64,000 nucleotides of DNA from Octopus sinensis (taxonomy: Eukaryota): contig NC_042999.1 of NCBI RefSeq assembly GCF_006345805.1, positions 54,374,001-54,438,000 on the forward strand. The letters run 5' to 3'. How positions within the stretch are numbered: position 1 is the stretch's first letter; every line of letters begins with the position of its first letter. The notes under the pieces are model-generated. The model worked only from the letters and a program-made list of their open reading frames with translations, was not told the origin of the DNA and made no database searches. Shown here piece by piece: positions 1-12,189 of this stretch. The position numbers and the translations under genes were made by a program.

Positions 1-611
1 TGTGTGTGTGTACGCGGATGAGATTCCATAAAAGACAGAGGTTAATTTATGAGTAAGACAAGTAACACGAAACGGTGATGACCACGTTTAAAGATGAAAC
101 TTGAAACGGTGAATACGTGCGATAACACATTTAAATAAAGACGGCGGAAGATTTCTTTGTTTATAAACTTTCACCTCCAAATTATTTATCATTTTTTAAG
201 GATACAATATTCGATTTCTCTACAATTATCTTCTTTTATATTTCACTTTCTCTGGGGTTTTTTTTTATTGTGTGTGTTATCCCTGCATTTTCCCTTAAAC
301 CGTTTATCACTCTTCCATTTTTATGAAAGTTACCCCACTTTTTTCTATCTTACAACTACTATCTTTTGCTGGTGGTCCAACCAGAAGACGAAGAATGAGC
401 AGTACTCATAAACCATTTCAAAAAGTGCCCGTAATCGTCTTTCTTCATTTTTCATACCGAACTCAGCATGTTTGTATTTGGGGTATTACAACTGCTCATT
501 AACATCTCAAGTTCTTTCCGTATATCCCCGGTTGTTTCCGTGCGTCAGCTTCTGTTACTGTTTATGACCACTTTCTGTGCAATGGCGTTTATAAACAGCA
601 ATAATATTTTT

Positions 612-942
612 TCTACTCTATGCACAAGGCCCGAAATTTTGGGAGAAGGGAGCCAATCGATTAGATCGACTCCAGTACGCAACTGGTACTTATTTAATCG
701 ACCCCGAAAGGATGAAAGGCAAAGTCGACCTCGGCAGAATTTGAACTCAGAACGTAACTACAGACGAAATACCTATTTCTTTACTACCCACAAGGGGCTA
801 AACACAGAGAGGACAAACACGGACAGACAAACGGAATAAGTCGATTACATCGACCCCAGTGCGTAACTGGTACTTAAATTATCGACCCCTAAAGGATGAG
901 AGGCAAAGTCAACCTCGGCGGAATTTGAACTCAGAACGTAAC
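612..942 (-). mobile_element. Octopus tRNA-derived SINE, family A (internally duplicated central domain), head truncated
   Basis: Reverse complement of GTTCTGAGTTCAAATT..GAGGTCGACTTTGCCTTTCATCCTTTCGGGGTCGAT..AAGTACCAGT occurs twice; the same sequence recurs about 10 times in the window. Confidence 0.85.
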
Positions 943-990
943 GTATTCATACATGCATATATGGGTACAGAACGTCACGGACTTTTTTAA

Positions 991-1185
991 AACATGAAAT
1001 ACGAAAGCAAACGAGTTAAATACGCAAACAACGAGAGGAAAAAATGGAAATCAGAACAAGTAAACACAGAGAACGACCATTCATCAGTTGTCGGCTGTCT
1101 ATCTACTCCTCATTTCGAGCATTCAGCGACAATGAGTCTTCAAAGACAGTTGCTCTCATAAATTCTAAAATATAATTTAGGATTT

Positions 1186-1242
<57 letters not shown>

Positions 1243-1868
1243 TATACACATTTATATATGCATATACATATGTATTTATTATTATTATTGAACTGAACGC
1301 CACGCATCCATTTCCTAGTAAGTTTATCTTAACCTTTTTGATACTTCTCTACTCTATACTGTTTACTTCCTTCAACCTTCTTTAATTCCCTTTTCTCTCC
1401 CTCCCTCTCTCACCGTTTGATCATGTCTCTCTCTCTCTCCCTCTTTCTCTTTTTCTCTCTCTTGTTGCTCACACGTGACGATCGTCCATCTTTCTTTTCT
1501 TCACGTGACCATATTTCTTTTCCTGCACGGATGTTCAAAAGACTGGACATTTTTATTCTCTCTCTTCTATCTTTTCTCTTTTCAAAGAAAATATTTCTCC
1601 CATCATTCAATATTTTCCACGCGTTCTGGTTTAACGACCCTCCATGTTTGTTTTCGTTCGGTTTCCTTGTATATCTCCACTGTCCTCTTTTTGTTCCCAA
1701 CTTTGACCCTCCATAAATCCTAAATTTATTTTAGAATTTGTGTGAGCAACTATCTTTGAAGACTCATATTGTCGTGGAATGCTCGAAATGAGAAGTAGAT
1801 AGACAGCCGACAACTGCTGAAGGGTCCTATTTTCCATTTTTTCTCTCGTTGTTTACGTATTTCATGTT
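991..1868. repeat. Inverted-repeat (fold-back) PLE-derived element with arms about 991-1186 and 1714-1868
   Basis: Arms are reverse complements (e.g. GTTGTCGGCTGTCTATCTACT..CATTTCGAGCATT vs AATGCTCGAAATGAGAAGTAGATAGACAGCCGACAAC). The spacer is (TA)n plus CT-rich DNA. A related family lies at 56035-56400. Confidence 0.75.
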
Positions 1869-1986
1869 GTTGCACAGTTGGTGACGTCCAGTCCCCTCTC
1901 TCTCTCTATATATATATATTTCTAAATGTAACCACATGTGAATCGTTGCTGGTAATCTGGTAATATCTTCTATTGGACTTTCCTCT

Positions 1987-2021
1987 GTTTCCGAAGAAGA
2001 GCGTTTGCTCGAAACGTTATA
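1987..2021 (+). ncRNA. Minimal type-I hammerhead ribozyme motif (U4C mutated) in a PLE terminal repeat (about 1975-2120)
   Basis: gttt-CCGAAGA-A-GAGC-gttt-GCTC-GAAAC-GTT-a; same family as 29467-29500. Confidence 0.6.
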
Positions 2022-3151
2022 CCACTTTTCTTTCCTTCCCTGAGCGTCTGCTAATACTTTACATGTACCATGTCCTTGCATTGTTGTTTTTGTTTCTGTT
2101 TATTCTTTCTTGGATTTACTATATATGTGTACGCGCACATATATACATGCACACACGCACATACATGCACACACGCACATACATGCACACACACACGTAC
2201 ATATGTAGAGAGAGAAATAGTGATGCAGATAAACACTCTTGAATATGATATACGAAATATAGATACATGCATATCCACAGACCGGGTTATATTTTTGATC
2301 AAAACAGCTCATTTCTCGTTACTATGCGATCACTTCGACATGTGACGCGTAGGACATCGTGCACCTGCTCAAGCAATATCAGTTTGATGGGGAGAGTGAG
2401 CTAATGTGCGGCACATTCATTTGATCACTATATGTGCGGCACATATATTTGATCACTATAAACAAATCAGCTGTGCAGGCTTTTTTGCAAGAAGCTTGCG
2501 GAGCCCTCATCTGCTGTATATTACAAGAGAGTTCACAAAAAAAGGAAGTAATTCAAGAGGGATTTTGCTGTTATTTCTAGCGTCTCAAATGCGTAATGCT
2601 TATAATCTTTGGAATGGCCATGAAAAAAGTACATCCTGATACATGTGTGGAATATTGCTCGCTCTAGAAATCAAATACAGCAATTAAAGGGATCAACCCA
2701 CCGCAAACTGTAGATAACTGGATAAACGCAGAGACGATAGGAAAACAAAAACTTAGAACATTCAACTGTGTTCGCAGCGCTCCAGCTTGGTCGTGACTCT
2801 ATTGGCTAAAACGGACTAAAACAAGAAACGTGATTATAATTCCCACATGTACTCTTAAAGACATGATTTGTTGATGCATCTTAGAAGGGGATGGTGTGAT
2901 GGAGGTTAATGGTGGTGGGAGTGACGGTGGTGGTGGTGGTGGTGGTGGTGGTGGTAATTTTGGCGGTGCTGGCGCTGCAGTTATTTGGTGGTGGTGGTGG
3001 TGGTCGTCGTGGTAGTGTTGGGTGTTGTTGTTGTTGTTAGTGAAAGTGGGAGCGGGCGGGAGGTGGGGGTAGAGGTGATAGTGACTTTGGTGCTGAGTTG
3101 GTTCTGTTAGATTTCTTCGCATTGTTGACTTAAGGGAATCTTGGAGGAGGA

Positions 3152-3372
3152 AAAGAAGAAGAAGAAGAAAGAAGAAGAAGAAGAAGAAGAAGAGAAAAAG
3201 AAAAGAAGAAGAAGAAGAAGAAGTTAGAAGAAAGAAGAAGAAGAAGAAGAAGAAGAATTAGAAGAAGAAGAAGAAGAAGAAAGAAGAAGAAGAAGAAGAA
3301 GTTAGAAGAAGAAGAAGAAGAAGAAGAAGAAGAAGAAGAAGAAGAAGAAGAAGAAGAAGAAGAAGAAGAAAA
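3152..3372 (+). repeat. (GAA)n homopurine microsatellite; a (GGT)n tract lies just upstream at about 2905-3030
   Basis: Directly visible. Confidence 0.95.
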
Positions 3373-4071
3373 GGAAGTAGGTAAAAACATAATCAAAAGT
3401 GAAAATGTAAACAAACAAATGAAAAAAGAGAAGAAACCATAAAACTAAGAACAAATAAATAAATAAATTCATAAAAACTGCAGCATCTTCCGCATCAAGA
3501 ATTTTTCGAGAGATGTTGTTGAGTTTAGATAAACTGCCAACAAAAGATAGGTTTACCTGATACAGGACCAGCAGCTATGTTTGCTGTAGCTGCTGCTGTT
3601 GTTGTTGTTGTTGTTTGTTAACGCAGAAATATCTACAATTTGAGGAAAGTATATTGTCGAAAGAAAACAAACGAGAAGACAGAGAGACATGGTCGCGTGG
3701 TAAGAAGTTTGCTCCCCCAACAACAAGCTTCTAGGTTCAATCTCATATAGCAAACAATGGTAAAAGAATATTTATGACCAAAACCATAAGTCCGAAATTA
3801 AACCGGAAATAATGCAACCACTACCACAAAAATAACTTCCTAACTTCCTCTCTTAAGACCACGTGTGTTTGAAAAGGTTTAACTGGAAAAATACTTCTTA
3901 CCAAAAAAAGGTTAGTTTACATCCTCAAAAGAAATTTCATAACATTCTTTTTAAATAAATTTATCTTATAATTCACCTTTACACATCAAAATCTTTATTT
4001 CGTAATGCTCATAGTCTTTCATATATACACATGTGCGTGTGTGTGTGTGTGTGAGTGTGTGTGTGTGTATG

Positions 4072-4116
<45 letters not shown>

Positions 4117-4564
4117 TGCTTGTGCGTGTGTGTGTTTATATGGACAGACAGACAGACAGATGTTGAACTCTATGTTTCCACTTTCACATACCAAGCCCCA
4201 CTGACTGCCCATTTCTTATGGCTAAGATCATTTTAAAGAGACGTCAAGTCAGGGTCAGGTAAAAATCACTTTAACTGGTTTTATTACATTGTGTTGTCAA
4301 TTCAGGTATTTTGTTACGGAAAGTATGTAAACGTTGATAAGCCCGCTTGATAAATTATCAGATAACACAACAAAAGACTTGTATAAATGCGCCATTGTCG
4401 TTGATTACGACCCAGGCTTAGTATGAAGCAGTTTTATAGCTCGGGGTGTGGTGGATTTCAGCGAATTTCAAGACGCCGTACAACCGTACACACACTTGTT
4501 TCCTGGCGATTTTTGTCACATACATTCACTTCTAGGTTCCATAATTGTGTTAATTTTTTTTTTG

Positions 4565-4790
4565 TTTGTTTCATTCATTAGACTGTGGCCATGCTGCGGC
4601 ACCGCCTTGAAGAATTTTAGTCGAACGAATCGACCCCATTACTGTTTGCAAGACTGTTACTTATTGAACTAGCACGCCAATAAGCGAATCGCTGGTTTAC
4701 GAGGGGTGTAAACACACCAACACCGGTTGTCATGTGGTGGCGACGAACACAGACACAAACACACACGTTTGTCTGCTCACTCGTGTGTGT
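4565..4790 (-). mobile_element. SINE family B, 3' half
   Basis: GACTGTGGCCATGCTG..CACCGCC..TAGTCGAAC..GTAAACACACCAACA module shared with many copies. Confidence 0.7.
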
Positions 4791-4804
4791 ATATATATAT
4801 ATAA

Positions 4805-4855
<51 letters not shown>

Positions 4856-4907
4856 GATAGATAGACAGACAGACACCTACATACATACATACATACATAC
4901 ATACACA

Positions 4908-4942
<35 letters not shown>

Positions 4943-4964
4943 GTGGGGGTGTATACATACATTG

Positions 4965-5165
4965 GGTAATGGCCCCCTTTGGTCATGAATGACCAAGGGA
5001 TTGCACTGAAGAAGTTGCCCTCCAGGTACAAGTGCGGGTAAAGTTCTTTATGGAAGACCAGCATTCGCCCATGCATTCTTGCTCAAGGACCCGGTCAGGG
5101 AATCGAACTCACTACCTCGTGATTGTGAGCCCGACGCTTTAGCCACTGAGCCATGCACGTTCATG
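4965..5165 (-). mobile_element. tRNA-headed SINE (third family)
   Basis: Minus strand reads GCATGGCTCAGTGGCTAAAGCGTCGGGCTCACAATCACGAGGTAGTGAGTTCGATTCCC, with A-box and B-box-like elements. Confidence 0.65.
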
Positions 5166-5174
5166 TATATATAA

Positions 5175-5205
<31 letters not shown>

Positions 5206-5309
5206 CCCACGGACCGACTAAAGCCTTGTGAGTGAATTTGGTAGACAGAAACTAGGAACTATACACACACACACACACACACACACACGTATATATATAT
5301 ATATTCTCT

Positions 5310-5680
5310 TATTTTTTTATTTGTTTCAGTCCTTTGACTGCGACCATGCTGGAGCACCGCTTTTAGTCGAGCAAATCGATACCAGTACTTATTCTTTGTA
5401 AGCCTAGCACATATTCTATCGGTCTCTTATGCCGAACCGCCAAGTTACAGGGACATAAACACACCAACATCAGTTATGAAGCGATGGCGGGGAGACAAAC
5501 TCACACACACCGACACACACCCACACACACACATACGACGGGCTTATTTCAGTTTCCGTCTACCAAATCCACTCACAAAACTTTGGTCGGCCCGAGGCTA
5601 TAGTAGAAGACCCTTGCCTAAGGTGCCACGCAGTGGGACTGAACCTAGAGCCATGTGGCTGGTAAGCAAGCTACTTACCT
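5310..5680 (-). mobile_element. SINE family B (tRNA head plus CORE-like CCTTGGGCAAG domain), near full length
   Basis: TTTCAGTTTCCGTCTACCAAATCCACTCACAA..GGTCGGCCCGAGGCTATAGTAGAAGAC..CCTAAGGTGCCACGCAGTGGGACTGAACC. Confidence 0.85.
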
Positions 5681-5830
5681 GACGGACTTCTTTCACTTTC
5701 TTGAGCCTCACAGCCTGCGGGGTGCATGTGTGACTCGAAAATGAAAGCTAGGTTTAGTCGGATGTAACAATTATCCAAATTGACTCAACGCCGTCAGATG
5801 GTGTGTAGAGTCTTTATTTCTTTTTTATAG

Positions 5831-6027
5831 ATCCAACAGTGCTGTCCGTTCCGTCATTGCAAGCTCATACATACAGCTTGCTGTTAACCGGAGACCGATC
5901 ATTAGCCATCAAACCGAATAATTCTCAGCCGCCATATCTACTTAAGACTCCTATGCATTCAGAAACTACTCCACTATCCACCTCTGTAACAGTGCAGCGT
6001 GCAGCTCTACAGGTGAAGGTATTTCAG
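5831..6027 (+). other. Candidate spliced exon, product unrecognised
   Basis: Strong acceptor TTTATTTCTTTTTTATAG, open frame DPTVLSVPSLQAHTYSLLLTGDRS..RAALQ, and GT donors at 6013, 6019 and 6028; no family similarity recognised. Confidence 0.25.
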
Positions 6028-6384
6028 GTAAAGAGAAGTACATGATGAGGAAGTGAAGCTTGCACATACTGAAAGGATTACAACCAAAAATATTAAATAA
6101 TATGATGATGGGGGAAAATGTCGTAAACTATATCAGGAGAAGAATAAAGTGTTTGATTGAAAGATGTATAGTGGTAGAGATGATTAAAAACAGAATGAAA
6201 AACCTTCGTAGATATTGCCCAAGTTTTCAGCGCAGGCCAAGTGGCTGTGTTAGAGGCTACGTCACTCTCTCGTCTAAAATATCTTTATCACAGAGTCACT
6301 ATGGAGAGAGACTCATCACAGTATTGAACTTCGAGTTACAAATATTTAACACTTTATATCCTACAATATGGCTGAGTAAAGATC

Positions 6385-6800
6385 TCTTTTACTCTTTTAC
6401 GTGTTTCAGTCATTTGACTGCGGCCATGCTGGAGCACCGCCTTTAGTCGAGCAAATCGACCCCGGGACTTATTCTTTGTAAGCTCAGTACTTATTCTATC
6501 GGTCTCTTTTGCCGAACCGCTAAGTGACGGGGACGTAAACACACCAGCATCGGTTGTCAAGCAATGCTAGAGGGACAAACACAGACACACAAACATATAC
6601 ATACACATACATACATATATATACATATATACGACGGACTTCTTTCAGTTTCCGTCTACCAAATCCACTGACAAGGCTTTGGTCGGCCCGAGGCTATAGC
6701 AGAAGACACTTGCCCAAGATTCCACACAGTGGGACTGAACCCAGAACCATGTGGTTGGTAAGCAAGCTATTTACCACACAGCCACTCCTGCGCCTATATG
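6385..6800 (-). mobile_element. SINE family B, full length
   Basis: Both halves and the microsatellite linker are present. Confidence 0.9.
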
Positions 6801-7333
6801 TTTAAACAAATGAACTCTAAAGTTGACCCGATGACCATAGTGATTGCTGTCTCGATCACAAGGTGGCCTTTATGTCTGTTATGGGCGTAGTTCTCTTGAT
6901 ATTTGAAACTTTTAAATACGATATAGTACATTTTGTTGGTTTCAATGGAATTATTTCTACAAATAGCTGTGTAATGCCTGCTTGTATGGATGTGCATTGT
7001 GACAGTATCGATAGTAATCGATATTAAATATATTTTCTCCTCATCTGCTCCTTTTTCTTGCTCTCCCTTCTTGTCTCTACCTTTGTACGTTTGTGCATGT
7101 GTATGTGTGTGTGTGTGTGTATGTATATATGTGTTGGTGTTTTTATATTTACATAATGCATATATATATATATATAATATTAGGGAATATGATTCCAAAC
7201 TTACAGGGGAAAATTCAATTTAGTAATACTAAATCAAATTTCACAATATATAATATATGTATATAAATCGTATATTTAATTAATTCATTGTTGAATTGCT
7301 ACATGGTGGGTTTTCTCTAATTTATATACATAC

Positions 7334-7366
<33 letters not shown>

Positions 7367-7368
7367 AT

Positions 7369-7400
<32 letters not shown>

Positions 7401-7594
7401 ATATATATATTATATAATATATATATATATATATATATACGTAACAAAGTGAAGTTGTAGGGTACCGCACGAGTGGAATTATATACGAAGAAGGTTTGAA
7501 AATGCAATTTAAAACATCTTTTAAAATTACATTTTCAAACGTTCTTTCGTATATATAATTATATATTATATATATATATATATATGATATATAT

Positions 7595-7638
<44 letters not shown>

Positions 7639-7664
7639 ATATAATTATTATATATATATATAAT

Positions 7665-7856
7665 ATTAATTAGAGACAAAACCACTATTATGCAAATCAA
7701 ACAAAGAAAGACTTAATCCAATACATAAAAAATTTTATATAAATTAAATATAATTAAGTGGATATCTTAATTATATTAATTTATATAATTTTTTATGTCT
7801 TGGATTAAGTCTTTCTTTGTTTGATTTGCATAATAGTGGTTTTGTCTCTAATTAAT
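7665..7856. repeat. Near-perfect palindrome with arms of about 90 bp (PLE-type terminus)
   Basis: ATTAATTAGAGACAAAACCACTATTATGCAAATCAAACAAAGAAAGACTTAATCCAA.. followed by its reverse complement; centre about 7762. Another family copy lies at about 26585-26620. Confidence 0.9.
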
Positions 7857-7941
7857 TTATATTATATTTTACTATAAAATTGGATTCAATCCTAAATCTG
7901 ATTTTTCCCTGTAAATTTGGTTTATTCCCTAATATTTATAT

Positions 7942-7986
<45 letters not shown>

Positions 7987-8234
7987 TATATATGTATATA
8001 TATATATATTCATATACATATATAAGTAACACATAAACACACGTTTGTTACGAACATCCACACAGACAGGCATTACACAGCTATTTGTACAAATATTTCC
8101 ATTGAAGTCAAATAAGAGCCCCATATCTTGTTCAAAAGTTTCGAATATCAAGTGAGATACGCCTCAGTATGCAACGCCATCTTACGGTAGAGATAGCAGT
8201 CATTGTAGTCATCGAATCAACTTTCAAAATAGAC

Positions 8235-9730
8235 CGATAGAACGATGTTGGCGACACAAGAACTGGCCCTAAGGGTAAATTGAATCAAGAGGATAATCGA
8301 GAAGTATAACTTCTCACCCAAATACTGTGATCGATGATTCAAATGAAATCGAAGACTCACTCTCTGTTGGAATGCATCTATTTAGCTGAGAATGAATACA
8401 AAATGTTTTGGCAGGATAAAATTTGCAGCAATAAACAATATGCAGAAATTCTTGCAAGAAATTTGACCTCGTCGGCACCGAAAATAAAAACAAGCTATAT
8501 GTCTATTTTGTGTGAATATTAATGCAAGCCCGCGGAAACGATGAAGTGAGGCTGTTGTCGGAATTTGTAATACAAACCGAGAGAAGAATACAACACTACA
8601 GCCCTGATGTGGTAGTCTTTGGCAAGGAAAAGAGACTATGTATAGTGATGTATGTAGCAGGGCCATTTGATCGTCACTCCGTATTAGACGCCTGCAGTGC
8701 ATTGATGATCATTACAACGGAAGTCTTTCAGCTGAAGCGCAAGTTCTCTAACAGCCTTGCCATTTTTGTCTAACCAGCTCTTGATACTGTCCATCGATTC
8801 CGTTCGTTGCCTGCCTCTTGATCTGCTACTTACTATTCTTCTTACCATCATCTTCTCCAACCTTCTGCTTCTTCCAATATTTTCAACTACAGATGAACTT
8901 TTGATTTTTCCACAATGTTCAAGAGTTTCTGTTTTTCACTTATTTGTTGTAACACTCATTCATTTGTCCCATGGTCCTTGTAAGATACTCGTAGCATTCT
9001 CCTATAAGCCCACATTTAAAGCGCATTGGTTATGTTCCCTCCAAATTTGTCCAGCGCCCATGCTTCGCAACTAGAAATGCCTATTGGCCAAATGAATCCT
9101 AGCACTAGCCTTGTTTTTAACTTCGTTGAAACACTTTGGCTGGTTCAGATGTTATTAAGCTTTTCCGTGGACGTTCTTGCTAACCATGTCCTAAATCCTT
9201 TCTTCTATGTGGCTTCATCAGCCATTTGATACCGGAGTATAAAAGACAAGGAAGAAATAATTGATTATACCGATTTAATGTATGAAATCATCAAAAGTGG
9301 AATTTGACAAAGCCATGATACTCTGCTGGTTATTACTGGTGCCTCAGAAATAATGACAAACAAATCCTAGAGCAAATCATTGAAAAATCAATCTTACTCT
9401 GGGATTATTTTGTTTGGGAGTAGGTACAGCGCAGAATTAGCTGAAACGCATACAATACAATCTAAGAACAAAGAGAAGAGGCAGAAAACAACTTATATGA
9501 AAAAAGCTCCTCATACTAATCGACAAGGTGAGTTCGACAGGAAATGTAATTAAACCAGTTGTGATGCCAAGTCCGTGAAGAACACGAGAACAACAACAAC
9601 ATAGAAATAGTAATAATAATCATGAGACTTTGAGCATCTTGTATACATGGGAGCAGAACAAGCCCAGAAAATTGCTCTGCTGGGGACAGCTAGGGTTTTG
9701 AGATTTGTATTTGGATGTTGAATGTCTCCC
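8235..9730 (+). mobile_element. R4/Dong-clade (RLE) non-LTR retrotransposon 3' region, degraded and interrupted
   Basis: Translates to a CCHC-knuckle remnant (HSLLECIYLAENEYK), an RLE domain (NDEVRLLSEFVIQTERRIQHYSPDVVVFGKEKRLCIVMYVAGPFD) and a C-terminal QKIALLGTARVLR, followed by an (AAC/AAT)n tail. Confidence 0.8.
8672..9220 (-). mobile_element. 5'-truncated RTE (BovB-like) LINE nested in the R4 element, 10-bp TSD GCCATTTGAT
   Basis: Minus translation SCEAWAL..MWAYRRMLRVSYKDHGTNE..RSRGRQR; TSD at 8662-8671 and 9221-9230. Confidence 0.85.
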
Positions 9731-9737
9731 GCTATAA

Positions 9738-9775
9738 TTAACAACAACAACAACAACAATAACAATAACAATAAC

Positions 9776-9810
<35 letters not shown>

Positions 9811-9824
9811 TAATAATAATAATA

Positions 9825-9872
<48 letters not shown>

Positions 9873-9930
9873 GAAGAAAGAAGAAGAAGAATAAAGAAAA
9901 GAAGAAGAAGAAGAAGAAGAAGAAGAAGAA
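9738..9930 (+). repeat. Compound (AAC)/(AAT)/(AAG) microsatellite
   Basis: Directly visible. Confidence 0.95.
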
Positions 9931-9959
9931 TGATCAAAAGGGAATGAAAATTATATGAG

Positions 9960-10060
9960 AATGATCCCTGGCTTACCATCCCGCAAGAAGTGCAAAAGAT
10001 TGTCTTAACTGGTACATCACACGTATTGAGAAGAGCATTGTCGATGTGAGAACTGTGCTG
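9960..10060 (+). mobile_element. Second R4/Dong-type 3' end fragment
   Basis: Translates to EVQKIVLTGTSHVLRRALSM*, matching the R4-clade C-terminal motif QK..L.GT...LR. Confidence 0.65.
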
Positions 10061-10222
10061 CTCATGTATTTTAATTTAACTTAAAAAAAAAAATTTTTTT
10101 AAATGAACGAACTATTGAGTTTGGTTTAATGGCCTACCAATGTATACTATGAGTTTCTTTGCCCTAGGAGTCGGGAAGACACTCGGCAAGAAATGGAAGC
10201 AAATCTGAAAGAAGAAAAAAAA

Positions 10223-10270
<48 letters not shown>

Positions 10271-10504
10271 CCTTTCTGCCATAGGCACGAGGACTGAACT
10301 TTCCAAGGCGGGAGTTAGTCGATTACATCGATCACAGTACTTAGATACCTTAGATAAGTTTCGGCCAAACGCTGAGCCAGGCCATGTCTAACTTAATGGC
10401 AGCACCACCTGATAGGATCTGTTGAGTCATTTTTAAAGTGAAGTTTTGTGGTATCATGACCCATGCAACGTAGGAAGATGTATCTTGGCATAGATGCCTC
10501 ATCA

Positions 10505-10865
10505 GGTACTTTATTTTATCGACCGCGAAAGGATAGAAATCGACCTCGACGAAATTTGATCTCAGAACGTAAAGAGCCGGAAAAAAAAATACCCGTATGC
10601 AGTTTGAGGGGCCGCTATCAATGGAAACGAAAATTTCACAAACCTATAATAATTCTTTAAACTAAAGGCACAATGCCTGAAATTGGGGGGGGGGGGTAAG
10701 TCGATTATATCGACCTCAGCGTTTCACTGGTACTTAATTTATCGACCCCGAAAGGATGAAAGGCAAAGTCGACCCCCGAAAGGATGAAAGGCAAAGTCGA
10801 CCCCCGAAAGGATGAAAGGCAAAGTCCAGCGCGCTAACGATTCTGCCAGCTTGCCGCCTTCACAA
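10505..10865 (-). mobile_element. SINE family A copies, with an internal tandem triplication at about 10743-10826
   Basis: GACCCC(C)GAAAGGATGAAAGGCAAAGTC occurs three times in tandem. Confidence 0.8.
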
Positions 10866-11615
10866 ACCTATAATAATCCTGAACATAAATAAAACGGCGA
10901 AAAATAAAATAGAAGCAAGCAAACAATTGAATATTATTATTATTATTATTGTGAAGATCAAATATCACATATATATGAAAAAAAGATCGTTTTGCTGTAC
11001 CACTCCTTTATTCAACCCACGATCTTATGTCTTCTAGCTAACGTTCCACCTACTCCCGTTGTTTATCATTGTTTGTTTTGACAACGATTATTTGATATAA
11101 CAGTGACAGGGCCCTATCACAGCTTCCTGTCACCTATCTAGATACACTCGTTGTCCTTAAAAACGACAAATATCCTTTTCCTTTTCTTTTCATCACATTT
11201 CTAGTTCTTTTTTGTCGTTTTACCTCGCGATTCCCCATTATGTCTTTTGTTAAATAGCTTATTTTTAATAGAAAATTCCATGCAATTACATTTATTCAAT
11301 GAACTTATTGAAATGAGAGAGTTAGGGAAGTTAAACAAATAAACAGTGAGAAAGAAGGCTTATAAGAAAGGGCCAATATAATTGTAGGGAAAAAGGAAGA
11401 CAAGTAGCCTATTATTCTGTTGTTGTTGTTTAAGGCTAATTCAAGCCTCATTGAACCAGATCTAGGACCAAAAGTTATCCAGCACTTCTATATTTTGTTC
11501 AGAGGCAGCCTCTCTGGTATTATATTATCCAACGCATCCTTCATGTTTTAAGGTTCGTAGGTGTTTTATAAGAAAACTGACAGTTTAATACCTTAGAGCG
11601 CGACAACTATACTTT

Positions 11616-11676
<61 letters not shown>

Positions 11677-11709
11677 ATATCTCTATCTACATATCTATCT
11701 ATCTATCTA

Positions 11710-11751
<42 letters not shown>

Positions 11752-11819
11752 CGCTACCTCCTTCCTTACTTTACTACTACTGCTGTTTAGAATAATACCT
11801 ACGCAAATATTATGAACAA

Positions 11820-12090
11820 TACATTCAAAAGAGATGTCTCAAGAATTTAATCACTACTACCATCCACAACAAGTCACTTTCAGGGCACTTGACCATCTAA
11901 CATCCTACTACTATCATAGCACTCTCACATTCTTCTGATGCAAATATTCTTTTAAAAACTTTTCATTTAATTTTTACCAAAATTTAATTGTTTTCCATAC
12001 TTAGAGTTGAAAAAGTCTCAATGGCCGAAACCGGTACTGAAATGTTTTTATAAAATTATTTTAGCATTTTCCACCTTGACGTTTTCCATT

Positions 12091-12095
<5 letters not shown>
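11820..12095 (+). mobile_element. Degraded PLE 3' end with HHR remnant (GGCC-GAAACCGGTA at about 12023-12036)
   Basis: Remnant GIY-YIG tail followed by AT-rich terminus; the CUGANGA half is decayed (TTGAAAA). Confidence 0.4.
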
Positions 12096-12173
<78 letters not shown>

Positions 12174-12189
12174 TATATATATATAAATC

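Noticed and set aside
3556-3632. Minus-strand exon-like segment with GTAAAC donor
   Set aside because: It is dominated by an (AAC)/(AGC) microsatellite and the most natural-looking frame has an in-frame stop.
10470-10506. Minus-strand CTGATGA-GGCA-tcta-TGCC hairpin resembling an HHR
   Set aside because: No GAAA follows stem II (AAGATAC instead), so at best it is a dead remnant.
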